A program made the position numbers and the translations under genes. DNA of 64,000 nt, taken from positions 22,828,070-22,892,069 of the forward strand of contig NC_092671.1 in the NCBI RefSeq assembly GCF_964355755.1, given 5' to 3'. This DNA is from Antedon mediterranea (taxonomy: Eukaryota; Animalia; Echinodermata). Positions 50,788 to 62,419 of the stretch are shown piece by piece (position 1 is the stretch's first letter; every line of letters begins with the position of its first letter). The notes beneath the pieces are model-generated. The model was not told where the DNA came from. It was given only the letters and a program-made list of their open reading frames with translations, and did not search any database.

Positions 50788-51153
50788 TTTTTTTTAACAA
50801 ATCAGCAGATTCCACACTTTCTTTATCATCCTCACTATCGCTAGATGATAGTTCACTATCAACAACTGAACAAGTTTCTTTAAATTCTGCCAAATGGTGA
50901 TTGTTAAATGAATCATCCGATGTTTCTTTTTTTCTTAGCAACAAAGCTTCTCCAGTAGAATCAATTGAACTTCTAGTAAACTGTGAATTAGAGTCAAGGT
51001 TTTCCGTATTTGGTGAAAGATCTTCTATACTGGTAAGTGATGTTGATGGTGGAGTATTTGTACAAGAAGCTTTAAAATCGGCTACATTGATAATTGGCTT
51101 ATTCAAATCTCTTTCAGTGGTTTGTAATTTTGTTAAAACTTCAGTATTAGTAT
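50788..51153 (-). CDS. Probable internal exon of a host gene (Ser/Thr/acidic low-complexity, ~122 aa)
   Basis: Polypyrimidine tract and AG at 51155-51154. Donor GTAGGT at 50787. 366 nt, open throughout, phase 1 at both ends. Confidence 0.6.
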
Positions 51154-51404
51154 CTTGAAAAAAATAAAAACAGTTGAGGTAAAGTTATTATGATAATAAT
51201 TAAATGAAATCTACTTAATTTGTGAAATTTTAGTGATATAAGATGATATAATATATATAATAAGTATAGTAATTTTGAGCAATTTTATGTCAACATAAAT
51301 TTCCTTTTGGATAAATAAAATGAACTATGAACTATATATACTGAAAATGTATTAATTAATTTGCCAACGATAAGATGAGGAAATCTGTGAGAATAAAAAA
51401 AAGC

Positions 51405-51477
51405 CACCCCAACCGAGACTCGAACCCGGAACCTTCTGCTTGATATGCAGATATTCTAACCATTAAACCACTGGGGC
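51405..51477 (-). tRNA. tRNA-like gene, anticodon ATC (Asp), possibly a SINE-related pseudo-tRNA
   Basis: GCCCCAG TG GTTT AATGGTTA GAAT A TCTGC ATATCAA GCAGA AGGTT CCGGG TTCGAGT CTCGG TTGGGGT G. All four stems pair (with G-U). A T-run Pol III-type terminator follows. Confidence 0.6.
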
Positions 51478-51699
51478 TTTCATGATATTGTTCGAATTAG
51501 ATTGGATAGCGACGCTTTAACATTCTCGGCGTGGAACAGTAGAACAGCACTGGTTGTCTCTCACTCTATTGTACGTACGCGCACCAGAGATCTAATTGAT
51601 CCTTATCTTTTCAGTACTTTTATTCACGAAGTGGGATTTCTGAAGAGATACTTTTATATATATATAAACACAACAGGCAAAGAACATTAATTCTAAACC

Positions 51700-54110
51700 A
51701 CCTGGAGATTTTATTTCTTACCTAAATTCCACAAAGCAGCCAATCCTAATAGACCCATTATTTCGGGCAATGGCACTGTGGATGATTTACTTAGACCATG
51801 TGACTGATCTCTCTTCATACATTCAGGACTCCAAAGCACAAAAATGGTGCCATCTTTTGCAAATTGTTAATATGGTACAATTTGAGGCCAATTTTCTGTC
51901 TTTTTGGACACTATAGTGACCATAGAAAATGGTACACTCAAAACTGACCTATTCTGTAAACCCACGGATAAAAATATGTACCTGCTCCCTAGAAGTTTTC
52001 ATCCCCGACACTGTACTAAAAATATACCGTACAGTCAAGCTGACCAGACCAGAGTGCCATTGGTCACAACCTATCACCCCAGGTTGCCTCCATTACGGGC
52101 TATTAAAAACTATTGAACAAAATATGCCCATTCTACAGTCCACAGAACGTCTCAGGACTGTTTTTCCGGAACCACCCATTATTGCATTTCGTAGACTTCC
52201 CAACCTCTGATATATTAGTCAGATCGAAAGAGTGAAATTAATTCTCATGACAGCCAAAATTTGGGCAGTCACCTTTGCGGCAAAACTTGTTCATTGGTCG
52301 ACTATACTTAAAAATTTATAGTAACCAAACTGGCCGCATTTTTCGGATAAGACAATCAATTAATTGTCTAACCAAAAACATCATTTATCTCATTTTTTTG
52401 TGGTAAACAGTACGTCGGGGAAACAAAAAACACTCTCCGTATGAGAATGACACAGATCAGTTATCAAAACATTTGATTTATTCAATATCGGCTCATTACA
52501 ATTACAACAGAATACATAAAAATATATAATGAAACAAAAAGCCAGGATTGTCACAAGCGAACCCAATCACTGTTTAAAGACTTTCCTTTAACATAAATAA
52601 AATATAAATATAAAATAATGACGAGAAAAAATTAATTAATAAAAATCTAAGACATTAAGTAAAAAAATACAGCAGGGACCAGGTAAAATCAAAAGAAATA
52701 GTGTTGGCGAAGACTAGTCTCGAATTCTCGAAACCTGCCAAGGAGAGCAAGCTCACTTAATTCATAGGGAAGACCATTCCAAAGTTTACAAAATCTAGGA
52801 AAGGGTGAAGATTGAAAACAGACAGTTCGAGCAAAGGGTGGCCTGAATAGAAGATCAAATTTGTGACGAGAAATAGGAGAAAAAAAAGAAGAAACATCAA
52901 GATCAATAATAGTGTATAAACATTTGACAACAAAGATAATAGTTTGGAAATCAATCCGAGAAGTCAAAGAAGGAAGATGAAGGAGAGCTAATCTTTAGGC
53001 GTAAGTAGGACGTTCAAAGTGTTTACCTGGAAAAAAGTATCTTGTAAGAATGCGTTGAGGTTTTTCAAGGAGATTAAGATGGGAAGCCAAATGTGGAAAC
53101 CACACAGGAGCACCATATTCCAGAATCGGACGACATAAGGATTTGTAAAGCAGAAGAAGAGAATGAGAGTCATTGGTACCAACAGTACGACGGATAAATC
53201 CTAAAGTCCTGGAGGCAGAAGAGTGAACAGCTAAAATGTGGTCGTGCCAGGAAAGGGTACTATTAAGGGTAATGCCAAGGTATTTATGGCTGTTAGTTAG
53301 AGATAGAGGGATATCATTAAGAGTATAAGGGTAGAGAGTGGGATTTCGAGAGCGAGAAACGTGCATAACTTTACATTTATTGATGTTAAGTGACATTTTA
53401 TTTACGTTGGACCAAGAAAGAATATTGTCAAGATCAGATTGTAGGATAAGGGAATCAGAGTTAGATTGAATATTCCTGAAGACTACAGTATCATTGGAGA
53501 TTATTAGATTGAAGAGTAGAGGGAAGACCCGAAACAAAAATATTAAATAACAGAGGGCCTAGTAGAGATCCCTGTGGAAGCCAAGATGTTACTTGGGCCC
53601 AATTGGAGGAGGTACCATTAAAAAGCACTCTCTGTGACCGACCAATTAGGTAAGAGGAAATCCAATTAAGTGTAGAGCCACAGAAACCATAGTTGTGAAG
53701 TTTTTGAAGAAGAAGAGTATGAGAAATCTTATCAAAGGCCTTGGACCAATCCAGAAATATAACATCGGTTTTAGGAGAATTACGTTTATCAAGATTAGAA
53801 GCAAGGTGATGGTAAAGTTGGGAGACTTGAGTAATAGTTGATCGTCTTGGCACGAAACCATGTTGGGCTTTAGGAATAAGACATAGATTAGTTAAGTGAG
53901 TGTTAAAACATTCAAGCCTGATCAACCTGTAACTGAACATTTTAATTCAGGTGGTCACTCAATTGCAAATTTCGGAATGATTGCAATAGACCACAATGGC
54001 AAATGGAGCGACAAAACTCACAAAGACAAAGAAAACCACTGGGAGTTACTACTTAAAACCACAAAACCTTTTGGACTTAACATTAGGAACATTCTCCCAG
54101 ATCGGTAAAA
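51700..54110 (+). mobile_element. Degenerate Penelope-like element (RT and GIY-YIG fragments) with a nested LINE
   Basis: LPKFHK..RPIISG, FLDTIV, TDLFCKPTD, NIPYSQ, LVTTYHP, YVGETK, PVTEHFN, KENHW, PFGLN. Many internal deletions. Confidence 0.8.
52474..53904 (-). mobile_element. 5'-truncated CR1/Jockey-group LINE (RT C-terminal half)
   Basis: QHGF..RST, FLDWSKAFD, PQGSLLGPLLF, LQSDLD, KCKVM, KYLG, RPILEY. The FADD region is lost in a frameshifting deletion. TSD AAAACATT at 52466-52473 and 53905-53912. Confidence 0.88.
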
Positions 54111-54730
54111 TTATTCCATTGACTACCTAAATTTAAGTTTCAATATTAACCACCATTTGAGCTGTTTTTAAAGTTCTATTCCAAGATTGTTTATATTTAC
54201 CAAGGTATCTTCTTTGTTTTCTACACTTCTCTCCAACCTCTATTCACTAGCCTCCTTTGTTTTCATTTCTTTTATTTCAGTTCACTCAGGAAGTGCTACT
54301 TTAAGTTGTAATTCCCAGTGGTTTTCTTTGACTTTGTCAGTTTTGTCGCTCCATTTGACATTGTGGTCTATTGCAATAACTCTGAAATTTGCAATCGAGT
54401 GACCAGCTAAATTAAAATGTTCGGCTACAGGTTGATCAAGCTTTAATGTTTTGATAGCTGATCTGTGTTGTGTCATTCTCATACGGAGAGTGTTTTTTGT
54501 TTCCCCGACGTACTGTTTGCCACGAATATTACAGTATGAGATAAATGACGTTTTTGGTTAAACAATTAATTAATTGTCTTAACCAAAAAATGCGGCCAGT
54601 TTGGTACTCTTAAATTTTTCAGTAGAATCAACCAATGATTTTGATTTGATTTTATTCAGGTTTCAACATAAAAGTACAAGACAAAATTAAAAATACAAAT
54701 GGAAACATGCAATGTATTGCACAGTACACA

Positions 54731-54775
54731 AAAAAAAACCTAGGATACCCCAATGGGGTATCCTAGGTTTTTTTT
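54731..54775. repeat. Perfect 45-bp palindrome (22-bp arms)
   Basis: aaaaaaaacctaggatacccca-a-tggggtatcctaggtttttttt. Confidence 0.9.
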
Positions 54776-55145
54776 GCATAAAGTAGGGAAAAAAACCAAC
54801 TTTTGTAAGATTTGCCGCAAAGGTGACTGCCCAAATTTTGGCTGTCATGAAAGTTAATTTCACTCTTAAATTCAGATCTGACTAAAATATCACGAATGTT
54901 GGGAGGTCTACGAAATGCAATAATGGGTGGTTCCGGAAAAACAGTCCTGAGACGTTCTGTGGACTGTAGAATGGGCATATGTATCTGAATAATAGGGTGA
55001 TTGGTTGTGACCAATGGCACATTTGGCTGACATGGTTTGTACGTCAGTGTTTGACTTCGAGGAATATCTTTTGCCTCTTTATAGCAGTTTCGATGTATTT
55101 CTACTTGTAATTTCTATTCCGGAGATGTCCGGTTAGTTCTATGGA

Positions 55146-57083
55146 AACTACCTAATCATTTAACAATTCAATCCGATAATGGTACGACACACGAAGCAAC
55201 TAGTCAATCATCGATTGTAAATGGGTTTAATGAGTATTTTGTTTCAATTGGGCAGAACATTGCACGTGAGTGTAATGACGGTCATATTAACAACCCGATA
55301 AATGTACCAACCCCTCCCAATTCTCTATTTCTCAATGGTACAACTGAAAATGAAGTATACAATATTTTAATTGGATTAGATAAAATAAGGCTGTGGGAAT
55401 AGACCAGATTAGCCCCAATATTTTAGCAGCAAATTACATTAGTCAATCCCTATCGTTCTCTAAGAGGACTTTCCCCGATGCGTTAAAAAAGGCGAAAGTG
55501 ATACCCATTTTTAAAAAAGGTTTACCGTCTGATCCAGCTATAGGCCGGTATCTATACTTCCGCAGTTTAGTAAAGTTTTTGAAATTTTTTTTTATAAACA
55601 ACTTACATCTTATTTATCCCGCTTTGATTTATTGTATTCTCATCAATATGGTTTCAGAGAGAATTATAGTACAAAACTAGCTATCACAGACCTGACACAG
55701 AAACTGTCAGATGAAATTGACAAGGGAAATTTAGTTTTGGGGATATTCTTGGATCTGAAAAAAGCTTTCGATACAGTGAACCATAACATTCTAATAAATA
55801 AATTATATTCATACAGGATTCGGGGGTTACCATTGGCTTTTTAAAACAATTACCTATATAACAGAAAACAATATATGAGTGTAAATGGTATCGATTCAAA
55901 TGAACTTTCCATAAGTTGCGGTGTACCCCAAGGGTCAGTATTGGGGCCTACATTGTTCCTTATGTATGTCAATGACATTGCACATGTGACCGACTACTTT
56001 GATATTTGTCTATTTGCAGACGATACCAGTTTGTTCCATACTTTTAATCCACATGATGATATTGACATGCAGTATATAGATAGCAAATTTAAAAATATTG
56101 TGGACTGGTGTGATTTAAATAAATTAACCATTAATACAAAAAAGACAGAGTATATAATTTTCCGTGGTAAACACACGGCCATTAAAACCAAAGGAGCAAT
56201 ACATGTTAAAGGAACAGAAATTTACGAAGTAGAATCAACCGTGTATATATACACTTGACAATAAACTCACATGGAAAAATCAAATTAAATAAGATCCAAG
56301 GCAGATGTGCTCTATAAACTGAGAAATTTTGTTCCTTAGTCAATTTTATTACTCTGTTTTATTCTACCCCATATATCATATGCTCTAGAGGCATGGGGGA
56401 ACACATATACAACAAATTTAAAACCTATACACCTCAACCAAAAACGAATTGTACGCACTATAAAACACTCTGATAGATTAGCACATACGTCATCAGTATT
56501 TACAGAACTGGGGATACTAAATATTTATAAGCAACATACATTTCAGTTAGTTTTATTTGTTCATGACAGTATTAATGGCAGGTTTCCCGTGGGAATTCCA
56601 GAATATTTTTTAAATGCCCAGCATCATCACTCAACGAGATTTCAAGCATTCCAAAATACAAAAGTAATGTTGGTCAATTTTCTGTCCGATATTTTGGTGC
56701 TAATTCATGGAATGAGATACCAGAAAATATTAAACATGACTCTAAAATTATATTTAAACGGAAATTAAAGCAATTCTTACTTTAGTTATATAATTATTTA
56801 TTTATCTTATTTATGAAAAAGTGTAGTAATATTTAAATTTTATATATATAAATGGGATTGTTTTAATTTATTAAGTTTTTATTTTTAGCCATGTGTTAAT
56901 GAAATGATTGCCCATAGTTGTAAAAATTTAGTTAAATATAATTTATGTAAATTGGGCTGGACTTGATTATATTATTAGTGTTTACACTATTTTCTAGCTC
57001 CTTCCTTATGTTTTAAAATGTAATATTATTTATCATTGTAAAACAAAATATTATTTGGAAAATAAAGTTGAAGTTGAAGTTGA
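55146..57083 (+). mobile_element. 5'-truncated L2/CR1-group LINE (degenerate RT)
   Basis: FNEYFVSIG, AKVIPIFKKG, QYGFR, FLDLKKAFDTVNH, GVPQGSVLGPTLF, LFADDT. 3' aataaa plus (gttgaa)n tail. Confidence 0.88.
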
Positions 57084-58664
57084 CTATAGTGTCCAAAAAT
57101 CAACGCTACTAATGGATTTGATTGCTGTAAATTTGATAGTTGGGTGGGCTGAATTAATATTGAGAAGAAAAGATTCCAAATTATCTTCACCATGGGTCCA
57201 GATCATAAAGATGTCGTCAATGTATCTAAACCAAACAAGTGGTTTATTACGAAAATTGGCCTCAAATTGTCACATAAATAAATTTTCAAAAGATGGCGCT
57301 ATTTTTGTGCCCATCGCTGTGCCATGAATTTGAAGGTAATGGTCATTTCTAAAAATAAAATTGTTGTTGGTTAAAATCAACATAACCAGTTCTCGTAAAT
57401 AAGCTTTAGTAGGCGTTTTGCCTGGAATTTGCTTGTAATTTAAAATACATGCGTCGGCTCCTTCTTCGTGAGAGATATTAGTATACAACGATGAAACATC
57501 TAATGTAGCCAGAACAGAATTATTAGGTAAATTTTGAATTTAGTTAATTTTGCGGATAAAGTCTGTGGAGTCCTGAATGTATGAAGGGAGATCAATCACA
57601 TATGGTCTGAGTAAATCATCCACATATTCAGAAATGTTCTCTGTAGCAGTGCCATTGCCCAAAATAATGGGTCTACCAGGATTGCCTGCTTTGTGGATTT
57701 TAGGTAGGAAATAAAATCTGCGTGGAACTGGATTAACCTGTGCCAAATGAGGTCAAATCTTAGGATCGATGGAGTGTTTTTTTACCATCACAGAAACAGA
57801 TTTGGCCACCTTATCCGCAATTCCCGGGGTGGGATTCGTTGTTAGATAATGAATTAGGACTCCTCTTCATAAAATTTGATGTCCATAGCAACAAAAGTTT
57901 TTTCTCTCCTTTGGAAAGTCGACAATTTCAACAACTGAATCAGAGGTGTTGCTCCGATTCTTCTTATAAGCTTCAAATTCCTCGGTAAATAGAGGATGCA
58001 TTATTTTGACAAATGCTTATGATTAGAAATAGTGTCGGGTGTTGTACAGAACACTAAACCTAATCAACACTAAGAGTGGCTTTCGGATATTTTAGATCCA
58101 TGACCGATAAGATTCATCAAACTGGGAGTGTAGTTAGTTAGGCTTATAAGAACTAAACTAGGTCATTTTGTTGCAACTATAGCTTACGTTTTCGGTCACC
58201 ATCCAACCAGAAAATTAGGCCTACTGATGTGTACATGATTACATAAACAAGAATACAAAATAAACTTTATTAGGCCTACTCATACAACATCAAATAAAAA
58301 GTTATAATAGTTTAACCAATAAAAACAAATCAAAGTAACCATAATATGACTATATATTATGTTATAAAGAATCTTATTTATTTACTCGTCCTCCTTTTTG
58401 TTGGAATCACTAACTTATACAAATTTATAACTAATACTAATTAAGAAACTTACCATGTTTATTATGATATTGCACAGTAAACCTTAAACATCATACTACT
58501 CAGTATATGTGATTTTAATTATAACTAAAAATTAATAATTTAATTCTAAAGAACAAAGGTTTATTTTGTTCAGACGTTCCAATGTTTCCCTCTATTACAA
58601 TAAGCTGTTTGCAACATACTTAGTTATAAATCTGGGAAAAACGCTGAACGTTAAAAAATGTAAA

Positions 58665-58880
58665 CTAGATTTAAACTCGTCACTATTGACGCAAACGGCA
58701 CAAGCATGTCATACGTTAGAATAGTGCGCACAGAAAAACGGTTATGCCATTGTGATCTGAACAAAATAAAATTTTTGTATACCTTCTCTCTTTTGTGTCT
58801 AAGTATATATACAGTATACACTACTGTATACATACGGTACTACATACAGTGCAGAATAGGTGAAAATAACGGGACAAATT
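58665..58880 (-). mobile_element. 3' fragment of a HINE-like element
   Basis: ctagatttaaactcgtcactattgacg terminus plus body sequence matching 27360-27530 in reverse. Confidence 0.65.
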
Positions 58881-58885
58881 TTAAC

Positions 58886-61434
58886 CAGTGGGAAAGCCAC
58901 TTCGTTAAATCGTGTAAAATCGACTTACTTCGCATTGACGATTTTGAAGTGCCACCTATCATTGAAAACTGAAACCACAATTTTGCATCACCTTGCAAAT
59001 AATTGTTGATTTATTTTAAGCTCTCATGAATATTCAAGACCCTGCCCAACACTTCCTATTATGGTAAAAGCATTTCCTAATAAGTATAATTGGATAAACA
59101 ATCGGTTTCCTTCCAAGAAACCGAAGCTCATACAATACATTCGGCGACTCAAGTCAGGACTCGTGAAATTTATAAATGTGGTACGATTTGACTACTATTT
59201 TGTTGTCTATTTTCTGAATAGTCGGAGGTGCATCCCACAGAATTAAAAAAATTATAATCAATTGTTTTATTTAGAATAATATTAGTTTAATCGAGTATGA
59301 TATATTTATATCCTGTTCAAAATTTGTTGGTGTATTCTCAGGCCTCGAAAAGTAGGTACATTTTCTAGCTGTGAGCGTGGTTTCGGCGACGCGAGACACG
59401 TGTGTCAGTATAGGCGATAGCGAGAAGTGTGTTGTACTGTGGTGATGCTGATCCGATAGTCGTTAAGTTGTACTAATTACAAGTATCATTGGTCCTGGCC
59501 GGCCTAGCCTGGTGATCTGATCCCCACAAAAAATACTTTTTTTCAATCAGTATTAATATTATTATTTTATTTTTCATTTATTATTTTATTTATTAGGCTG
59601 AATAGATGCCTAGCTAGGCTAGTAGTAGGCCTAGATTATATAAATAGTAATAGTAAATACTGTAATTTAAATAATAAAATACAGCCCCCATTTTACTTTT
59701 TAGGCCATCATATAATATTATAATTATATAATACAACCAGACATTAAAGGCCAGGTGCGGGCAAAAAATTTCTATTGATCATACATTCCAATAATTATCG
59801 ATCTATAGTTTCCCCTATGTTTCATAATTTTTGAGATTTTATTTGTGTCACAGGAGCTTTTTGAAAATTAGCACTTTCTTATCAGTGGGGGGATAGTTCA
59901 AATTACACAGTAAAATCTCTATTCTTTTGTACACAAATTTTGAAAATAGAGAGGCATTTTAAAAAGCTATGAAAAATAAACGGTGTGGTAAAAAATGTTA
60001 TCAGATGACTAAATATAGGTAATATAACTTGAATTTTACATTTCTGGTATTTTTATTCAACTTCAGAATTTAATTTTCATGCTATAGCAAAAATTATCCA
60101 CCGTATATCCACCATCTTTTTTCACCTTCTAGGGAGTCACCAGACATGCTGTTACATTAGGTTAACTACCTAACTACTGAAAAAAAGTCTTCCTGGTTTT
60201 TTTGGCAGAATTTTACCAAATTTTGTATTTGACCATATTAGGGGAAATTCATGGTTTTTCATCTTGATTTCTGTTACAAATATTTGATTTATGTACAATT
60301 AACCAGATATTATATTTAAAATTCATGCCTGTACCTGAGCTTTAAAATTTTTTTTAAATAATTATTATTATTTTTTCAGGAATCATTGGTCCGTTGATGA
60401 TGCAGAATTCTTCGTCTTTGTAACTTCAAATTGAGAGTGAAGTGGATAAAAAGATGGATTCATAGGCGAATTAATACAATACAAATGTTTTATGTTGAAT
60501 GCAAACCTACTACACTATACTTTGTAAATTATGTTATTGTCATGTGGTAGACCTTAAAAATTGAATATTTATTGTATGTTATGTTGTATTATACAGTACT
60601 AGGCCTAGTTTTTACCAAAAAAATGAATAAATAATTTGTTATTCAAATTAATTGCTTGTTTGTTCATCAATAACAAAACAATTGTAAGCAAGTATATTAA
60701 AACAGTTCTGGTTAGCTGCTTATTTCAGGTCATATTATTAATATTAGCTAGGCCTGACGCGCCCGATCACAACGTCACTAAGTGACTTTCCGCCCCTAGA
60801 ACAATCGCTCGCTAAATAGGGCTAGGCCTCGGACTCGTATAAAAGCTATTATAACAGTTATGATAAATATTCCTCAACTAAAATGTATATTGTCATAAAT
60901 AAACAAGTAATAATATACGTTGTATTGGAATGTATTTATTTATATGAATTCTTATACGCGGACAATTATAAAAATCGCATATCGATCGGTATAAATAAAT
61001 TGATAAACACGATGACGTTTAGTTTGAATAGTCGGAGCTGCATCCCAAGCACCGAATTTTGTATCTTAATATCGTATTCTGTAGATTATTAATTTTTCTA
61101 ACAGGGATTTTAAATTCAGGACTGTTCAATTTTTCTAAATATTTTATTATAACTATTTTCTAGGGTACAATTTCGGAAAAAAGACATTGGTTGATTTTGC
61201 CATTAAATTACAGATTATTGTTTTGTTCAAATACATTTAATTTTACATGACAAGATATTAAAAACCATTTATGAATTTATTTCACTAACAATATTTTTCC
61301 GATAATCAGCTAAATTTACAAATATTGTGTTTTTCCAACACCCTAAAATTGAGCAATTTTGAACTAAATTAGAAAAGTAGGGCACCCTCTCCGAGTCGAA
61401 ATTTGACACGATTTGTCGACTGGCTTTCCTACTG
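58886..61434. mobile_element. Old TIR element of uncertain superfamily
   Basis: Imperfect ~40-bp TIRs CAGT(G/A)GGAAAGCCA...AAATCGTGT..AAT..CGACT. No clear TSD. Contains a Kolobok-like MITE. Confidence 0.45.
59748..60341 (+). mobile_element. Kolobok-like MITE
   Basis: TTAA on both sides (59744-59747, 60342-60345). Imperfect TIRs AGGCCAGGTGCGGGC / AGCTCAGGTACAGGC. A second copy lies at 25400-26659. Confidence 0.7.
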
Positions 61435-62419
61435 TACAGCATAGTGTGTTTAGAGACCCACTACATCATCTGGGATTTGGTGACAACTTTTAAAGATGAT
61501 GTATGATACATATCGAAATTCATGCCAAAAATCAGCTGAAAAATCAATTTCTAGGATTAAAGCGCCTACATTAATTAGCAAATAAATCTAGTTGAAAATA
61601 TCCTACCTCCACTAGACTTGAAAATCTTCTTTCGTTTTCGTTCACGGTAAGCAAAAATTGCTTTACTATCCAACACTCTTCGTGGACTTATATTATAGCC
61701 ATAATTTATACCGCCAAATGTACTTATATCTGGTGAACAAAATTCCAATGTTGAAATGATGTGATTTCACAACAGTATCATAGTACTATATAACAAATAT
61801 TGATCTTAATTTCGGCCATTGTTACATTTATTCAGCAATATAAAAATTTACATTGTTACAGGAATCTTAGAGACAAGTAATTGTCTGTAGTTGTAAGAAG
61901 ACTCTTTGAAAAAAACAAAAATTATCACAAAGAAAAAACATGGAATAAAGGTGGAAAAAAAAATACAAATACATATAATATAAAACAAACTAAATACATG
62001 TCGTATATATTAGAATTTGTAATCTTAGGTGTTGGGTCTTAGGTTTCATGATCTTAGGTCTTAGGGGGTCTTAGTTTTCGTGACACCCTAGGCTGGACCC
62101 ACCATTTGAAATTTTTGTTTTTTCTATGTAGGCCTACAGTATGTCCATATATCTGCTCACATCACTCTCTTTAAAGCAAAGACAATAAAAGTTTTATATC
62201 AAATATTAATTTTTTTTTCCATAATAAAGCTAAAAGTGTAAACTTACTAAGAAAGAATCTCAGGTCTATACAAATGTTAAAATCAATTCATGATTAATAT
62301 TTTAAACCCATCACAATCTGACTTTAGAAAGAAACATTCCACAAATACAACACGTTTAGATGTATCTGACTATATTCTAAATAATTATAATGATGGTAAT
62401 GTAACTGCTGCAATATATA

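Larger units (their letters stand above)
54283..57990 (-). mobile_element. Second degenerate Penelope-like element of the same family, opposite orientation, with nested inserts
   Basis: [43 protein letters not shown] at 57090-57750. GIY-YIG part at 54283-55140 matches 52050-52465 and 53905-54060. Confidence 0.82.

Noticed and set aside
62020-62090. Telomere-like (TCTTAGG)n repeats
   Set aside because: Short, irregular and ending in a TIR-like gttttcgtgacaccc. More likely a MITE remnant.
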